This document shows, in pieces, positions 61,967 through 64,000 of a stretch of 64,000 bases of DNA. The translations under genes were made by a program, and so were the position numbers. The stretch is from an uncultured Actinomycetes bacterium (GTDB lineage Bacteria; Actinomycetota; Thermoleophilia; UBA2241): assembly GCA_963725665.1 (NCBI GenBank), contig CAVRZA010000002.1:128001-192000 (forward strand), read 5' to 3'. Position 1 is the stretch's first letter; each line of letters opens with the position of its first letter. The notes beneath the pieces were generated by a model. It was given only the letters and a program-made list of their open reading frames with translations. It had not been told where the DNA came from and did not search any database.

Positions 61967-63067
61967 TCAGCGGAGTCCGCGCGCGATCGCGGTCCAGAAG
62001 GCCGGGTCCTCCTGGCCCATGACCCAGATGGCGATGCCGGCGATGCGCGGGTGTTTCTTGCGCAGCAGATCGAGCTTGGCGGCGACGGCCTTCTCGTCCT
62101 GGTAGTAGACGACGTGGGCGACCCCCTCGCTGTCGGTGTAGCGCAGCGTCGCCTCGCCTGAGGCCGCATCGCGGCCCACCGTCACCCGGTACTGCGCCGC
62201 CGCCGCGTCCGCGCCGCTGGGCAGCACGGCCGTGGCCTTGCCCGCGTGCCAGTCGTAGCCGTAGAAGGGGATGCCCAGGTAGATCTTGCCCGCCGGCACC
62301 TGGCTCTGGGTGAAGCTCAGGACCTTGTCGACCCACTCGAGCGGCGCCTGTGGTCCCGGGCCGCTCCACGGGCCGCTGAAGTTGTACGCCATCACCTTGA
62401 ACTCGTCGACGGCGGCGCCGAGACGCTTGTAGTCCATCGCCCGCTGGCTGTCCCAGCGACCCGGATCCTGCGTCTTGGGAAACGCGGCGATGGAGAGGAA
62501 CCGTCCCTCGGCGTGGAGCGCCGCGGCGAGCTCCTCGACGAACGTGGCAAACGGCTGCCGGTCGCGACTCTTGAGCGCCTCCCAGTCGAGGTCGATGCCG
62601 TCGAAGCCTTTCTCCTTCACGAGGGCGACGAGGCTCTCGATGTGACGGCGGCGCGACGCCGGCGTGGCCATGATCGCCGCCGCGATGCCGCGGCTGAAGC
62701 TGAGGCTGCCGGCCGGCTGGTTGGTGACCGTGGCGAAGATGTTCAGGCCGCTGTTGCGTGCCGCCGCCACGAGGTCGAGGTTCTCGGCGCGGGTGGCGAC
62801 GCTGCCGTCCTTCTGTGACTGGTACCAGTCGAAGTCGACCTCGTCGACCGCGTCGGCGGCGGTGGCATCGACGAGCGAGTCGCCGTCGCCGAGGCTCCAG
62901 GCGGTGACGCGGTAGGCGCGCTCGCCGAGCGGCTTGACGAGATAGCCCAGCGGCGGCTTGCCGGGACGCGCGAGCCGCGTCCCCTCGCGGTCGAGCACGA
63001 AGAACAGCGCGATGACGACGAACGCCGCCGCAAGCGCGGCGACGGCGGCTCGGCGCCGCCTACGCAT
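61967..63067 (-). CDS. GH18 glycoside hydrolase with N-terminal membrane anchor
   Basis: FDGIDLDWE, VMAYN, KIYLGIPFYGYDW, GIAIWVMGQED. Confidence 0.9.
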   Translation of the reverse strand: MRRRRRAAVAALAAAFVVIALFFVLDREGTRLARPGKPPLGYLVKPLGERAYRVTAWSLGDGDSLVDATAADAVDEVDFDWYQSQKDGSVATRAENLDLVAAARNSGLNIFATVTNQPAGSLSFSRGIAAAIMATPASRRRHIESLVALVKEKGFDGIDLDWEALKSRDRQPFATFVEELAAALHAEGRFLSIAAFPKTQDPGRWDSQRAMDYKRLGAAVDEFKVMAYNFSGPWSGPGPQAPLEWVDKVLSFTQSQVPAGKIYLGIPFYGYDWHAGKATAVLPSGADAAAAQYRVTVGRDAASGEATLRYTDSEGVAHVVYYQDEKAVAAKLDLLRKKHPRIAGIAIWVMGQEDPAFWTAIARGLR

Positions 63068-63160
63068 GAGGCGGTCACCGGCTGTCCGTCGGGAGCGTTC
63101 ATCGCGTGGCCCCACCGCGCTTCACGTCGGCCGCGCCTTGAGCCGGCCAGGCGAGGCCGA

Positions 63161-64000
63161 TCAGCAACCGCGCCGATCGTCGACGCGGTGACAGGCTGTC
63201 TTGCCCTGACCCGACGTCATGCGCGGCAGCGAGAAGGGTTCGTGGAGCTCGACGCGGGGGGTGACGCCGACCGTCGTCTTGGTCGCCGCGACGATCCTCT
63301 TGGCGAGCTTCTCGCGTGACTCGGTGGTCAGCTCGGCGAGCTCGCGCACCTCGACCTGCAGCGTGAGCCGGTCGAGGTTGTCCACGTTCTCGACGACCAT
63401 GCAGAAGTTGTTGCCGACCTCGTCGAAGCACACGAGGACCTCCTCCACCTGGCTCGGGAACACCACGAGTCCGCCGATGGAGAGGGCGTCGTCGCTGCGG
63501 CCGGTGATGCGGCCGATCCGCGGGTGCGTGCGACCGCAGGGGCACGGCTCCCGGGTGAGCGAGGAGATGTCGTGGCTGCGGTAGCGGATCATCGCCATGG
63601 AGTCGCTCGTGAGCGAGGTCCAGACGAGCTCGCCGGCTTCGCCGTCGCCGACGGGCTCGCAGGTGATCGGGTCGACGCACTCGACGAAGAGGTGGTCGGA
63701 CCACACGTGCATGCCGTTCTTCTCGGGGCATTCGCAGGCCATGCCGGGGCCCAGGAACTCGCCCATGCCGTATTCGTTGAACGCGTCGAGACCGAGGGTG
63801 GCGGCGAGGCGCTCGCGGCCCGACTCGGGCCAGGGCTCGGCGCCGAAGAGGCCGACGCGGAGCTTGGAGTCGCGCGCGAGGTCGATGCCGCGCTCGAGGG
63901 CCTTGTCGGCGAGGAAGAGGGCGTAGGACGGGGTCGTGCAGATGGCGGTGACGCCCAGGTCGACGATCAGGTCGATGAGCAGCTCGTGACGGCCGATGCC
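63161..64000 (-). CDS. paaK: Phenylacetate-CoA ligase family (5' end beyond window)
   Basis: TPSYAL, GLFGAEPW, YGMGEFLGPG, IRYR, CPCGRT, GRSDD, FPSQVE. Confidence 0.88.
   Translation of the reverse strand, partial: GIGRHELLIDLIVDLGVTAICTTPSYALFLADKALERGIDLARDSKLRVGLFGAEPWPESGRERLAATLGLDAFNEYGMGEFLGPGMACECPEKNGMHVWSDHLFVECVDPITCEPVGDGEAGELVWTSLTSDSMAMIRYRSHDISSLTREPCPCGRTHPRIGRITGRSDDALSIGGLVVFPSQVEEVLVCFDEVGNNFCMVVENVDNLDRLTLQVEVRELAELTTESREKLAKRIVAATKTTVGVTPRVELHEPFSLPRMTSGQGKTACHRVDDRRGC

Overview
High-GC (roughly 70%) actinobacterial chromosome segment, most consistent with class Thermoleophilia (inferred from gene order and protein style). Bases 1-17.7 kb are the conserved housekeeping block metG-tatD-rsmA-ispE-tRNA-Gln-glmU-prs-rplY-pth-mfd-prsA-like-mazG-eno-(Zn-ribbon/TPR)-divIC-DUF501-ppx-tRNA-Leu(TAA). 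A decayed integrative element follows the tRNA (integrase C-terminal stub, ssb pseudogene, two orphan ORFs, two diverged copies of a structured ~100-nt element). The rest is accessory and metabolic: HEAT-AAA+-VWA operon, two frameshifted MMPL transporters, glycosyltransferase, SPFH, DUF2207, a NarL-type two-component system, lysA divergent from argCJB, msrA, ABC transporters, a HOD/AqdC-like alpha/beta-fold protein, M24 hydrolase, amidase, MoxR-DUF58-transglutaminase, DUF853, GH18 and partial paaK. Best leads: (1) a candidate programmed -1 frameshift (A AAA AAA, 6-nt spacer, hairpin) joining a MoxR-type AAA+ ATPase to a VWA protein; (2) a duplicated minus-strand sRNA candidate with G-U-supported stems and C-rich loops; (3) a 130-bp palindromic element in frame inside mazG; (4) a switch-like leader that can sequester the lysA start codon; (5) a shared operator plus -10 architecture before two envelope genes. 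Several single-base indels suggest local sequencing errors, which weakens all frameshift-based claims. All family assignments are from motif recognition by eye, with no database searches.
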